A stretch of 64,000 nucleotides of DNA, taken from assembly GCA_963781585.1 (NCBI GenBank), contig CAWAGQ010000005.1, positions 352,001 through 416,000 on the forward strand, given 5' to 3'. Made by a program: the position numbers and the translations under genes. The stretch's first letter is position 1. The number at the start of each line of letters is the position of its first letter. The notes below the pieces were generated by a model. It was not told the DNA's origin and did not search any database. It saw only the letters and a list, made by a program, of their open reading frames with translations. Below, piece by piece: positions 46,478 to 56,919 of the stretch. The stretch is from an uncultured Gemmatimonadaceae bacterium (lineage in GTDB: Bacteria > Gemmatimonadota > Gemmatimonadetes > Gemmatimonadales > Gemmatimonadaceae).

Positions 46478-48619
46478 GTGAACCCCCGACCTCCGACCCA
46501 CTTGGCATCTCTCGTCATTCACGGCCACTTCTATCAGCCACCGCGCGAGAATCCGTTTCTCGACGAGGTCGAGGCGGAGTTGTCGGCTGGACCATATCAC
46601 GACTGGAACCAGCGGATCGAGCGCGAATGCTATCGGGCGGTGGTAGCCGCCCGCGTAACCGGGCACGACGGCCGAATCGCGCGCATCGTCAATACGCTCG
46701 AGTGGATCTCCTTCAACTTCGGCCCGACGCTGCTCGAATGGCTGGAACGTGAGGCGAACGACACATATCGATCGATCCTGGCCGCGGATGACGCGAGCCG
46801 AAATCGGCTCGCTGGTCACGGCAATGCGATAGCCCAGCCGTATCATCACACCATCCTGCCACTGGCCTCGCGGCGCGACAAGCAGACCGAAGTGCGGTGG
46901 GGGATGGCAGACTTTCGCCGACGCTACGGTCGCGAACCCGAGGGGATGTGGCTCCCCGAGACCGCGGTGGACGACGAAACGCTGGACGTCCTCGCCGCCG
47001 AGGGAATCCGCTTCACCATTCTGGCGCCACACCAGCTGGTGCCGGTGCCGCCACTGGGTCGCCCGGGGCGGTATCGCACGTCGGGCGGCCGCAGCATCGC
47101 CCTCTTCACCTATGATGGATCTCTTTCCCACGGGATCGCCTTCGGCGGACTCCTGCACGACGCCGATGCCTGGGTGAGCCGGATGGCCACGGCCGGGTCA
47201 CACCTGGCAATGGAGGACGGAGTGGGCGACGCCAGAGCGGCGGGACAGGAGAGTCCTCAGAGACGTGCGCCGGAAGAAGACCGGCCGACTGCCGCCAAGA
47301 CGCCGGAGCTGCTGCTCGCCATGGCAACGGATGGCGAAACGTACGGCCATCATCACCGATTCGGCGAAATGGCGCTGGCGCACGCGGTGGAGAAGATGCG
47401 TGCGGCGCAGTGGCGCGTCGAGAATTTCGCGTCGTTCCTTGCGCGCTCCCCCGCCACCGTTGACGTGGCGATCGTCACACCAAGCGCATGGAGCTGCGTG
47501 CATGGTGTGGAGCGGTGGCGGTCGAACTGTGGCTGCCGACTCGACGGTGGGCGCAATCCGAGCCAGGCGTGGCGAGCACCGCTGCGACAGGGACTGGAGA
47601 AGGTCGCCGCCAGGGTGCACGCCGTTTTCGAGGAGGAAGGGCGCGCCTTGTTCGACGATCCGTGGCGGGTGCGCGACGGGTACGGTGCGGTCGTGGCGGG
47701 GGGCGCAGACGAGCTCGCACGATTCGCCGGGGAGCGCGTTCGCCATCCGGCGTCCGTGGAACAGCTCGTACGGGCACGGGAGCTGCTCGAGATGGAACGC
47801 GATACCCTGCGCATGTTCACCTCGTGTGCCTGGTTCTTCGACGATATCGGAGGATTGGAGGCACGCCAGGTCCTCCGCTACGCGGCGCGCGCGATCGACC
47901 TGGCGGGAAGGGACCGCGACCGGCTCGAGGTACAGCTCCTCGACGAGCTCTCGATGGCGGGCAGCAACGACGCGGCTCTCGGTAGCGGCAGCGACGTATA
48001 CCGCGCGGCCACCCGGGTGGCTGCTCCGGCTCCGGTTCGGATCGCCGCGGCGGCGATGGCCGGACTGCATGCTGGCGCACAGGCCGTGGTGCGCACCGGG
48101 AACGCCGAGGTGGAGATCGCGGGGGACACCGTTCGGGTGACGGAGTCCCGTACGGGCCGCCGTCATCAGCTGCGCGCGCGGGTCGTGCGCTCCTCACACA
48201 CCGAGGTCGTGACCGAGGTGGCCGACGAGCAGGACGTCCGATACCGACTCTCGCTGGCTGACCTGCCGGAGCGCCCCCGCCACGCCATTCGATCCCGGTT
48301 GAGGCGGTCCATTCTGCCCGGCTGCCTGACGCCGGGCGAGATCGACCTGCTGCTGGTGGGCGACGTGACACTGGGCGGATTGGTGCGCGTGGCCCTGGTC
48401 CGGACGGTGAAGCGGCTGGAGCAGGATCACGACGGGGAGGCGCTGCAGCTGGTCAACGCGCTCCTCGATCTGATCGAACAGTCCGAGGGCAAGGTTCCCT
48501 TCGACGCGCAGACCGCCTTCTGGCGTATCTGGCAGCGTGCCAATCGGGAGCGACGCGCGGATCTGCACGAACTCCACGTGCGGCTGGGGTTCGTGGACAG
48601 CGAAACAGGCGACGCCTGA
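46478..48619 (+). CDS. GH57 family glycoside hydrolase (DUF3536 type)
   Basis: HGHFYQPPRENP, SFNFGPTL, GMWLPETA (nucleophile Glu), TDGETYGHH, WSCVHGVERW, MFTSCAWFF. Confidence 0.9.
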   Translation: MNPRPPTHLASLVIHGHFYQPPRENPFLDEVEAELSAGPYHDWNQRIERECYRAVVAARVTGHDGRIARIVNTLEWISFNFGPTLLEWLEREANDTYRSILAADDASRNRLAGHGNAIAQPYHHTILPLASRRDKQTEVRWGMADFRRRYGREPEGMWLPETAVDDETLDVLAAEGIRFTILAPHQLVPVPPLGRPGRYRTSGGRSIALFTYDGSLSHGIAFGGLLHDADAWVSRMATAGSHLAMEDGVGDARAAGQESPQRRAPEEDRPTAAKTPELLLAMATDGETYGHHHRFGEMALAHAVEKMRAAQWRVENFASFLARSPATVDVAIVTPSAWSCVHGVERWRSNCGCRLDGGRNPSQAWRAPLRQGLEKVAARVHAVFEEEGRALFDDPWRVRDGYGAVVAGGADELARFAGERVRHPASVEQLVRARELLEMERDTLRMFTSCAWFFDDIGGLEARQVLRYAARAIDLAGRDRDRLEVQLLDELSMAGSNDAALGSGSDVYRAATRVAAPAPVRIAAAAMAGLHAGAQAVVRTGNAEVEIAGDTVRVTESRTGRRHQLRARVVRSSHTEVVTEVADEQDVRYRLSLADLPERPRHAIRSRLRRSILPGCLTPGEIDLLLVGDVTLGGLVRVALVRTVKRLEQDHDGEALQLVNALLDLIEQSEGKVPFDAQTAFWRIWQRANRERRADLHELHVRLGFVDSETGDA

Positions 48620-48632
48620 AGGCCGCGAGCCG

Positions 48633-50702
48633 ATGACCGCGATCCGGTTCTGCTTCGGACTGCACCTGCACCAGCCGGTGGGGAACTTCGACCACGTAAT
48701 CGAGCAGCACGTACGCGACGTGTACCGGCCATTCCTCGAACGCATCCGGGTGCACGGGTTCCTGCCGGTGGCGCTGCACATCTCGGGACCGCTGCTGGAC
48801 TGGCTCGAGAAACGCGATCATCGCTTTCTCGATCTGCTGGGCGATCTGACCGCGGACGGAAAGATCGAATGGTTGCTGGCAGGCTACGACGAGCCCGTGC
48901 TGGCGGCGCTACCGCGTGTTGACCGCCTGGAACAGATCGCGTGGATGCGCGAGGCGCTTCGGGCACGCTACGGAGCCGCGGCCACTGGTCTGTGGCTCAC
49001 TGAGCGGGTGTGGGAGCCGGACCTGGCTGCCGACCTGCACGACGCCGGTGTGCGCTTCGCGCTGGTCGACGACCGGCACTTCGTGGTCACCGGCTTCCGA
49101 CGCGACCAGCTGCACGCGCCGTACTGGACGGAACACGGAGGGAAGCAGCTGGCGCTCTTTCCGATCGACGAGCGACTGCGGTACCTGATCCCCTTCGAGG
49201 CGGTTGCGGAAACGGGGAACTACCTGCGCGGGCTGCGAGAGGCTGGTCACCGGCTGGCCGTGCTGGCGGACGACGGGGAGAAATTCGGCGGATGGCCGGG
49301 CACGAAGGAGTGGGTCTACGATCGTGGGTGGCTGGATGGGTTCTTCGCGGCGATGCACGAGCAGGTCTCCAATGGCGACGTGGTCCTCTCCACCTTCGCC
49401 GATGCGCTCGACACGGTGCCGAGCGGCGGCATCGCGTATCTGCCGACCGCGAGCTATCGCGAGATGGAAGCCTGGTCACTGCCGACGGCGCAAGCGCAAC
49501 GGCTCACCGCACTCGAACAGCAGCTTGGGGCCGACCGCATGGCGGGGCCGGATGGCGCGCTGGTGCGGGGCGCGCACTGGAAGAACTTCTTCGTCAAGTA
49601 TTCGGAAGCGAACCGGATGCACAAGAAGATGCTTGCGCTCTCGGTGCTGTGCCGCGAACGCGGCGATCCCGCTGCGGCGCGGCGCGCCGTCGGTCGCGCC
49701 CAGTGCAACGATGCGTACTGGCACGGGGTCTTTGGCGGCCTCTACCTGCCGTTTCTCCGGGCGGCTGTGTGGCGGAATCTGGCTGAAGCAGAGCGGCTCC
49801 TGCGTATGGGCGAGCCGCTCCGCGCGGAGGAGACGGACATCGATGGCGATGGTCACGCGGAGGTGTGGATCCACTCGGCCCACTTTTCGGCGGTCGTGAG
49901 TCCATATCGCGGCGGGGCGATCGAGGAGCTGACCCGGTTCTCGGTCGAGCCAGACACCGTCCCCGGTGCTTCGGAAGAGACACGTCCGGCAGCGGAAAGA
50001 CACATCGACGCCGGGCCTGCAGACGTGCCAGCCGCTGCCGACGGCTCGCCGGTCGGCGCGAATCACGCGGATGTGCTCACGCGGCGCCGCGAAGCGTATC
50101 ACGTGCTGGCCGACCCATGGTACGAGGCGCAGACGAACGCCGAGGCAACCATGCCAGGGGCAACGGCGCCGAACGAACCTCAGTCGGCGGCGAGTACACC
50201 CAGCATCCATGAGCTGGAGCACGGCTTTCGGCTTCGCGAACTGCCGGCCGTAGACCTCGACGATCGGGCGATCTTCATCGAGCGCGTGATCGCGGGCTCG
50301 GTGACGCGGGATGAGTTCGCGCGTGCGCAGTATCAGCCGGTGGCCTCGGCGGCACGGATCGCGATGGCCTGCCGCGTGCGTCGGTCGGAATCGCGCGTGG
50401 AGGTGGCGCTGGAAGCCCCGGACGGCCGGTTGCGCAAGACCCTGACGTTTCGACCGGATGGTAGAGTGCGCGCGGATTTCGTGTGGGACCAGCGGGCGTT
50501 TGCGGAGAGCGATTGGTTCACCATCGAGCTGTCCCTCGACCGTGCGCTCCCCGTGGCGTGCACGCCGAGCACCGAGGTGTGGGAGTATCCGATCGAGACG
50601 GTATCCAAATCGGAGAAGGGATTGGATCGCGTGCGCCAGGGTGTCGCGGTGGTCGTGCGGTGGCCGGTGGCGCAGGGGCGGGGCAGCGTGGACCTGGGGT
50701 GA
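48633..50702 (+). CDS. GH57 alpha-amylase / 4-alpha-glucanotransferase
   Basis: HLHQPVGN, GLWLTERVWE, DDGEKFG.WP, AQCNDAYWHGVFGGLY, ETVSKSE.G. Confidence 0.92.
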   Translation: MTAIRFCFGLHLHQPVGNFDHVIEQHVRDVYRPFLERIRVHGFLPVALHISGPLLDWLEKRDHRFLDLLGDLTADGKIEWLLAGYDEPVLAALPRVDRLEQIAWMREALRARYGAAATGLWLTERVWEPDLAADLHDAGVRFALVDDRHFVVTGFRRDQLHAPYWTEHGGKQLALFPIDERLRYLIPFEAVAETGNYLRGLREAGHRLAVLADDGEKFGGWPGTKEWVYDRGWLDGFFAAMHEQVSNGDVVLSTFADALDTVPSGGIAYLPTASYREMEAWSLPTAQAQRLTALEQQLGADRMAGPDGALVRGAHWKNFFVKYSEANRMHKKMLALSVLCRERGDPAAARRAVGRAQCNDAYWHGVFGGLYLPFLRAAVWRNLAEAERLLRMGEPLRAEETDIDGDGHAEVWIHSAHFSAVVSPYRGGAIEELTRFSVEPDTVPGASEETRPAAERHIDAGPADVPAAADGSPVGANHADVLTRRREAYHVLADPWYEAQTNAEATMPGATAPNEPQSAASTPSIHELEHGFRLRELPAVDLDDRAIFIERVIAGSVTRDEFARAQYQPVASAARIAMACRVRRSESRVEVALEAPDGRLRKTLTFRPDGRVRADFVWDQRAFAESDWFTIELSLDRALPVACTPSTEVWEYPIETVSKSEKGLDRVRQGVAVVVRWPVAQGRGSVDLG

Positions 50703-51508
50703 GACAGAACCTCCAGTATCTCCGGAAGTGGATTGCACGGCGGCGTGTCCCTCCCGGCGCCCTCGACGTGATTCCTGATGTGGAGAGCCGGGAACTCGGG
50801 AACCGGCGCGACGTGCTGGTCTATCGTCCGAGCTCCTACGATCGGACGGACGAACCCTATCCCGTCATCTACATGCACGATGGACAGAACCTGTTCGATC
50901 CGGCCACCAGTTTTGCGGGCGAATGGGGAGTGGACGTCGCCCTCGACAAGGCACCGCGCAAGGGCCGGCGGGCGCTCATCGTCGGGATTCCCAACACCGG
51001 AATCGACCGGGTTCGCGAGTATTCGCCATTCGTGGACCCGCGACAGGGCGGCGGGCTGGGCAACGCCTATCTCGACTTCCTGGTGGGGACCGTCAAACCC
51101 CTGGTGGACAGCCGGTATCGGACCCTTACCGACGCATATGGGACCGGAATCGCCGGGTCGTCACTGGGTGGTCTGATCAGCCTCCATGGCTTCTTCCGCC
51201 AGCCGTCGCGGTTCGGCTTCGCGGGGGTGCTGAGCCCGGCCCTCTGGTTCGCGGATGGCGCCATCTTCCACGCGGTCGAGGCGGCGCCGTATGTTCCCGG
51301 GCGCATCTATCTCGACGTGGGCGGGCGGGAGGGCGCCGGCGCAGTGCGCGATGCGCGCCGGATGCGCGATCTGCTGATCGCGAAGGGATACCGTCCGGGG
51401 AAGACATTGCTCTGGCGCGAGGATCGGACGGGGCTGCATAACGAGGCGGTGTGGGGCCGTCGGTTTCGCAGCGCCCTGCCGTTCCTGCTCAGCGGCGACG
51501 TCACCTGA
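50699..51508 (+). CDS. Alpha/beta hydrolase, putative esterase
   Basis: YPVIYMHDGQNLFD, GSSLGG nucleophile elbow, YLDVG..E, HNE..W; GTGA overlap with the GH57 stop. Confidence 0.9.
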   Translation: MRQNLQYLRKWIARRRVPPGALDVIPDVESRELGNRRDVLVYRPSSYDRTDEPYPVIYMHDGQNLFDPATSFAGEWGVDVALDKAPRKGRRALIVGIPNTGIDRVREYSPFVDPRQGGGLGNAYLDFLVGTVKPLVDSRYRTLTDAYGTGIAGSSLGGLISLHGFFRQPSRFGFAGVLSPALWFADGAIFHAVEAAPYVPGRIYLDVGGREGAGAVRDARRMRDLLIAKGYRPGKTLLWREDRTGLHNEAVWGRRFRSALPFLLSGDVT

Positions 51509-51509
51509 C

Positions 51510-52238
51510 ATGGGAACACGGCTCCATGGGCAGCATCATGCCTGGTACAGTCTGGTGGCCGGGCGCACGATGCACGTGCGCTGGTTCGGTCACGCGGGTG
51601 CCCGGGTGATCGCCTTCCCCACGACCATGGGGAACCACAACGAATGGCCGGATCGATCCATGCCCGATGTACTCGGCGAGCACATCGAGGAGGGGTGGAT
51701 TCAGCTCTGGTGCGTGGATCACAATCACGATGCGAGCTGGTACGACAAGTCGGCCCATCCAGGTCACCGCGCCTGGTTGCACCTGCAATACGATCGCTAT
51801 CTGCACGAGGAACTCCTGCCATTCACCGCGTACATCAATGCGACCCCATTCGTGATCGTCACTGGGGCCAGTTTCGGCGCGTACCATGCGATGACATTCG
51901 GCTTGCGTCATCCGCACCTGGTTCACCGTATCATCGGGATGAGTGGCTTCTACGATATCAAGGAGATGACCGACGGGTACTCCGACGAGAACGTGTATGC
52001 CTGCAATCCCTTCGACTTCATGCAGCACGAACACGACCCGGAGCGGCTCGACGCCTTCCGGCGGCAGGACATCATCATCGCGACCGGGCGGGGAGATCCC
52101 CACTACCAGGAGAATGCCGACTTCTCGGGCGTGCTGTGGAGCCGGGGAATCGGCAACGCCCTCCGCGTGTGGGACGGCTGGTGCCACGACTGGCCGTACT
52201 GGGAGCAGATGATCGTGAGGTACATGGGGGGGCATTAG
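51510..52238 (+). CDS. Alpha/beta hydrolase, putative esterase or transacylase
   Basis: FGHAG..VIAFPT, GASFGAYHA (GxSxG), HDWPYW. Confidence 0.88.
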   Translation: MGTRLHGQHHAWYSLVAGRTMHVRWFGHAGARVIAFPTTMGNHNEWPDRSMPDVLGEHIEEGWIQLWCVDHNHDASWYDKSAHPGHRAWLHLQYDRYLHEELLPFTAYINATPFVIVTGASFGAYHAMTFGLRHPHLVHRIIGMSGFYDIKEMTDGYSDENVYACNPFDFMQHEHDPERLDAFRRQDIIIATGRGDPHYQENADFSGVLWSRGIGNALRVWDGWCHDWPYWEQMIVRYMGGH

Positions 52239-52301
52239 AGAGGCCACAGGCCATAGGTCATCGCTCATAGGCCATGGCCACATCCGCTGCATCCACCGTT
52301 C

Positions 52302-53285
52302 ATGGAGCCCAACGCCACCATGTCGAAACGCATCGGCCTCTTCGTGGGCAGAGAGTGGTCCTGGCCGCCCGCCTTCATCGAGGAAGTGGAAAAGCGCGAC
52401 CAGGGGGTGACTGCGGAATACGCGAAGATCGGGGGCGAGCATCACGACGCGCCCTCGCCGTACGACGTCCTCATCGACCGGATTTCGCACGAGGTGCCGA
52501 TGTACCGGTCGTACCTCAAGAAGGCGGTGCTGGACGGACGAACGGTGGTGAACAACCCCTTCATGTGGACGGCCGACGACAAGTTCTTCGGCGCGGCGCT
52601 GATCCGCCGCCTCGGCGTGGCGTCGCCCAGGACCGTGCTCCTGCCGAACAAGGACTACATCGAGGGCATCGTGCCGCACGAGAGTCTGCGCAACCTCCGG
52701 TATCCGCTGGACTGGAAGGAAATCGTCGCCTGGGTGGGGCTGCCGTGCGTGCTCAAGGATGCGCACGGCGGGGGCTGGAAGGAGGTGCACGTCTGCCGCT
52801 CGCTCGACGAGCTGATCCACCGCTACGATCAGTCTGGCCGGCTGACGATGATCGTGCAGGAGTTCATCGAGTGGGACCACTTCGTGCGCTGCCTGTGCAT
52901 TGGCCGGCAGGGAGTGCTGCCCATGAAGTACGACCCCGGTGCGCGGAAGTATCTGGTGGAGCACGAGCACCTCACCCCCGAGCTGGGGGCCCGCGTGGTG
53001 ACCGATTCGCTGACCATTGTCCGCGCGTTAGGCTACGACATGAACTCGATCGAGTGGGCCATTCGCGATGGAATCCCCTACGCGATCGATTTCATGAACC
53101 CGGCGCCGGACATGGACGTGTATTCGCTGACGCCGATGTACTTCGAGTGGGCGGTGGAGAAAATGGCGACGATGGCGATTCGCCTGGCGAAGACGGCACA
53201 CCTCCAGGTCGCCGAACTCCACTGGAGTCGGCTGTTCAGCCACGATGCGCATCGCAGCGCGGCGCCATCCCCGGTCGCACGATGA
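52302..53285 (+). CDS. RimK/GshB-like ATP-grasp ligase
   Basis: IDRISH, NNPF..ADDKFF, LKDAHGGGWK, VQEFI, NSIEWA..AIDFMNPAPD; start 52302 or 52320. Confidence 0.88.
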   Translation: MEPNATMSKRIGLFVGREWSWPPAFIEEVEKRDQGVTAEYAKIGGEHHDAPSPYDVLIDRISHEVPMYRSYLKKAVLDGRTVVNNPFMWTADDKFFGAALIRRLGVASPRTVLLPNKDYIEGIVPHESLRNLRYPLDWKEIVAWVGLPCVLKDAHGGGWKEVHVCRSLDELIHRYDQSGRLTMIVQEFIEWDHFVRCLCIGRQGVLPMKYDPGARKYLVEHEHLTPELGARVVTDSLTIVRALGYDMNSIEWAIRDGIPYAIDFMNPAPDMDVYSLTPMYFEWAVEKMATMAIRLAKTAHLQVAELHWSRLFSHDAHRSAAPSPVAR

Positions 53286-53394
53286 TCCACCGCGGACGGG
53301 CGGTGATCAGGAGTCGCCGGTGGGCTGACGTGACGGCGCGCAGGAGGCATCGCGTCGGAAGCAGGATCGTACCGCCTTTGTCCCGCTGCCCGCC

Positions 53395-54744
53395 GTGCTG
53401 CACGACGCCATAGCGCGATACCACGACCTGCTGACGCCGGAGCTGGCGGAGGCATCAGCCGAGCACCTGGACCATGCGCTGCGCCGGCATGGGCTGGTGT
53501 TCGGCGACCGGCCACTGTGCACGGTGCTGCGGCCGCGTCTGCTGACCGCCGAAGCCTATCGGCGACTCCAGGGGCGCATCGTGCCGCTCATGCGGGCGTT
53601 TCGCGCCGCGCACGAACGGGCAATGATCGACCGCGGGTTCCGGACGCAGTTCCGGCTCGGGGAGTGGGAAGAAGCACTCCTCGCCGCAGACCCCCGGTTC
53701 GATGCGCCAAGCCCGACCTCGCGGCTCGACTTCTTCTACGCGCCCGATACGGACGTCCTGGGCCTGACGGAGTACAATGCCGAGACGCCGGCTGGTGCGG
53801 CCTATAGCGACGCGCTGGCAGAGGTCTTTCTCGATCTGCCGGCGATGCGCGCTTTCGCCGCGGACTACGAGATCCTGCCGGTGCCCTGTCGGCAGGGTGT
53901 GATCGGCGCACTGCTGGACGCCTACTATCAGTTCGCCGGCTCGCGCGATCGTCCGCGGATCGCGATCCTCGATTGGCACGACGTGCCCACGCGTACGGAG
54001 TTCGAGTTGTACGCCGAGCACTTCCTGGCCCTTGGAATCGAGTGCGTGATCGGTGACCCGCGCCAGGCGGACTATCGACAGGGACAATTGTGGATCGGTG
54101 GGACCCCGGTCACCCTGATCTACAAGCGGGTGCTGATCAGCGAGCTGGTGACCCGGTGCGGGCTCGACTCGCCGGTGGTGCGGGCGGTCCGGGACGGCGC
54201 GGTGTGCATGGTGGACGGATTCCGCTGCAAGATCCTGCACAAGAAGGCGAGCCTCGCGGTGCTGAGCGACGAACGGAACGCGCATCTGTTCGGGGCTGCC
54301 GAGCGGCGGGCCATCGCCGACTGCATCCCGTGGACCCGGGTGGTCGAAGAGCGCCACACGACCTGCCGGGACGAGGCGGTGGACCTGGTGCCGTTCATCA
54401 TCCGTGAGCGGGAGCGCTTCGTGCTCAAGCCTAACGATGATTACGGAGGGCGGGGAATCACCTTGGGCTGGCGCGTGGACGGGAGCCAGTGGGAGGCGGC
54501 GGTCCGCAACGCGCTGGCCGAGCCGTTCATCGTCCAGGAACAGGTGGCCGTGCCATCGGAACCGTATCCCGGCTGGGTCGACGGCCGGCTGCAGATTCTC
54601 GAGCGGCAGTACGATACCGCGCCGTTCATCACCAACGGTGCCTACATGGAGGGCATGCTGGCGCGGCTGTCGACCGACACGCTGCTCAACGTGACCGCCG
54701 GCGGCGGGAGCACGGTGCCCACGTTCCTGGTGGAGAAGCGGTGA
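53395..54744 (+). CDS. Circularly permuted ATP-grasp ligase (glutathionylspermidine synthase-like fold)
   Basis: [38 protein letters not shown]...LNVTAGGG. Confidence 0.86.
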   Translation: MLHDAIARYHDLLTPELAEASAEHLDHALRRHGLVFGDRPLCTVLRPRLLTAEAYRRLQGRIVPLMRAFRAAHERAMIDRGFRTQFRLGEWEEALLAADPRFDAPSPTSRLDFFYAPDTDVLGLTEYNAETPAGAAYSDALAEVFLDLPAMRAFAADYEILPVPCRQGVIGALLDAYYQFAGSRDRPRIAILDWHDVPTRTEFELYAEHFLALGIECVIGDPRQADYRQGQLWIGGTPVTLIYKRVLISELVTRCGLDSPVVRAVRDGAVCMVDGFRCKILHKKASLAVLSDERNAHLFGAAERRAIADCIPWTRVVEERHTTCRDEAVDLVPFIIRERERFVLKPNDDYGGRGITLGWRVDGSQWEAAVRNALAEPFIVQEQVAVPSEPYPGWVDGRLQILERQYDTAPFITNGAYMEGMLARLSTDTLLNVTAGGGSTVPTFLVEKR

Positions 54745-54922
54745 GGGGGACCGGCGGCCCCGGCCGGCACGGCGGCCACAGGCCCGGCATGGCACCGGCG
54801 TGGCCCTTCGCCGTCCGCCGACGCCGCGCTCCGGGATCCGGAGGTTACGCCGGCCCACCGGCGAGGTTGATCCGTCGGCCGCGCCGCGCCATGATGGCGT
54901 CTCCCCTGCCCGACACCTCCGC

Positions 54923-56131
54923 ATGAACCGCCCAAGCCTGACGATCGGGGTCGAAGAGGAATACCAGATCATCGATCCCCGCACCCGGGAGCTGCAGTCG
55001 TACATCACGCAGATTCTCGAGGCCGATCACCTGATCATGGGACAGGTGAAGCCCGAGCTGCACCAGTCGATCGTGGAAGTGGGCACCAACGTCTGTCACA
55101 CACCCGGCGCCGTGCGCGACCAACTGCTCGCGCTCCGGCGCGGCGTGATGGAACTGGCGGCCAGGAACGGACTCAAGATCGCGGCCGCCGGAACGCATCC
55201 GTTCTCGCACTGGGCCGAGCAGGAGATCACGCCGCTGGAACGCTACATCGGCACGCGTGAGGCGATGGCGCAGCTTGCCCAGCAACTCCTGATCTTCGGC
55301 ACGCACGTGCACATCGGCATCGAGGATCGCGATTTCCTGATCGACTGCGCGAACGTCTCGCGCTATGTCCTCCCCCATATCCTCTGCCTCTCCACCAGCT
55401 CGCCCTTCTGGATCGGACGCAACACCGGCCTCAAGTCGTATCGGAGTGCCATCTTCCGCGCGTTCCCGCGCACCGGCATCCCGCCCTTCCTCGCTTCCTG
55501 GAACGACTACCAGGCCTACCTCCGCACCCTGGTCGCCACCGGTTGCGTCCCCGACGGGTCGAAGATCTGGTGGGACGTGCGCCCGCATCACCAGTTCCCG
55601 ACTCTCGAATTCCGGGTGTGCGATGTCTGCACCCGCGTCGAGGAAGCGGTGTGCATTGCCGCCATCCTGCAGGCGCTGGTGTTCAAGCTGTGGAAGATGC
55701 GCCGGGACAACGTCACCTTCCGCATCTATCCCGCCGAACTGATCGAAGAGAACAAGTGGCGCGCCGTACGCTACGGTCTCGATGGCAAGCTGATCGACTT
55801 CGGCCGCGAAACGGAACTGCCCGCCCCCGCGCTGATTCGCGAGTTTCTCGACTGGTTCCTGGGCGACGTGGTCGATGAGCTTGGAAGCCGGCGGGAAGTG
55901 GAATACGCCCAGCACATTCTGGAGCACGGCTCCAGTGCGGATCGCCAACTGGCTACCTTCGGGGAGACGGGGAGTCTGCAGGCGGTGGTGGACCGGCTCA
56001 TCACCGAGACGGAGGAAGGCGTTCACCCACCGCACGAGCCGGCAGGCGCCGTGAAGGACACCCACTATCGCGCGGTTTCGCAGTCCAGGCCCGAGGCGCT
56101 CGCTCCCGAGATCGGGCCGCCGCCGAGCTGA
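54923..56131 (+). CDS. Carboxylate-amine ligase, YbdK/GCS2 family
   Basis: [57 protein letters not shown]. Confidence 0.94.
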   Translation: MNRPSLTIGVEEEYQIIDPRTRELQSYITQILEADHLIMGQVKPELHQSIVEVGTNVCHTPGAVRDQLLALRRGVMELAARNGLKIAAAGTHPFSHWAEQEITPLERYIGTREAMAQLAQQLLIFGTHVHIGIEDRDFLIDCANVSRYVLPHILCLSTSSPFWIGRNTGLKSYRSAIFRAFPRTGIPPFLASWNDYQAYLRTLVATGCVPDGSKIWWDVRPHHQFPTLEFRVCDVCTRVEEAVCIAAILQALVFKLWKMRRDNVTFRIYPAELIEENKWRAVRYGLDGKLIDFGRETELPAPALIREFLDWFLGDVVDELGSRREVEYAQHILEHGSSADRQLATFGETGSLQAVVDRLITETEEGVHPPHEPAGAVKDTHYRAVSQSRPEALAPEIGPPPS

Positions 56132-56145
56132 CGGCACACGCAGTC

Positions 56146-56919
56146 ATGCGACCGATTATCGGAGTCACCACCCAGACGCTGCAGGCGATCGATGGCATTC
56201 CCCCCGGACTGCCCGCGTCGGTGGTGATGAATCAGCGATACTATGACGCCGTGGCCGACGCCGGTGGAGCACCCATCCTCATTCCCCTGTTTGACGATGC
56301 CACCGACGTGTTGCGCGGCGTGTACGACGTGTGCGACGGGATCCTCATCCCCGGGGGCGTGGACATGCACCCGGCCTGTTTCGGTGAGGCTCCCCATGAG
56401 CGCCTCGGCCGCACGGACCAGGTCAGGGATCGGGTGGAACTGCAACTCACGCGGTGGGCCATCGACAACGGAAAACCGCTGCTGGGACTGTGCCGCGGAC
56501 TGCAGGTGATCAATGTGGCGCTCGGGGGCACGCTCTATCAGGATCTGGGGACGGAGCGCGCCGGCTCCATTCGCCACGACTACTTCCCGACCCACGGTTA
56601 CACGCGCGACTACCTGGCGCACGAGGTCGCACTCCACAGCGGCACGCGGCTGTTCGAGGCGATGGGCCGTGATCGGATCGCGGTCAACAGCATGCACCAC
56701 CAGGGCATCAAGGACCTTTCTCCCACGCTCGTCCCGGCGGCCACTGCGCCCGATGGGCTGGTGGAAGGAGTGGAGGGGCCGGGCGATCAGTACCTGGTGG
56801 GTGTGCAGTGGCACCCCGAGGTGTTCGAGTCCGCCGACGCGCATACACGGCGCCTGTTCGAGAGCTTCCTGGCAGCCAGCCGCACCTTCCGCGATCGGAG
56901 CGTCGCACGAACCGCGTGA
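56146..56919 (+). CDS. Gamma-glutamyl-gamma-aminobutyrate hydrolase family (peptidase C26, class I GATase)
   Basis: RPIIGVT, IPGGVD, GLCRGLQ (Cys nucleophile), NSMHHQ, VQWHPE. Confidence 0.93.
   Translation: MRPIIGVTTQTLQAIDGIPPGLPASVVMNQRYYDAVADAGGAPILIPLFDDATDVLRGVYDVCDGILIPGGVDMHPACFGEAPHERLGRTDQVRDRVELQLTRWAIDNGKPLLGLCRGLQVINVALGGTLYQDLGTERAGSIRHDYFPTHGYTRDYLAHEVALHSGTRLFEAMGRDRIAVNSMHHQGIKDLSPTLVPAATAPDGLVEGVEGPGDQYLVGVQWHPEVFESADAHTRRLFESFLAASRTFRDRSVARTA

Noticed and set aside
52238..54923. Graspetide (ATP-grasp RiPP) cluster
   Set aside because: No short precursor ORF with repeated Thr/Ser/Lys-Asp/Glu cores in the flanking gaps; the partner genes point to small-molecule ligation.
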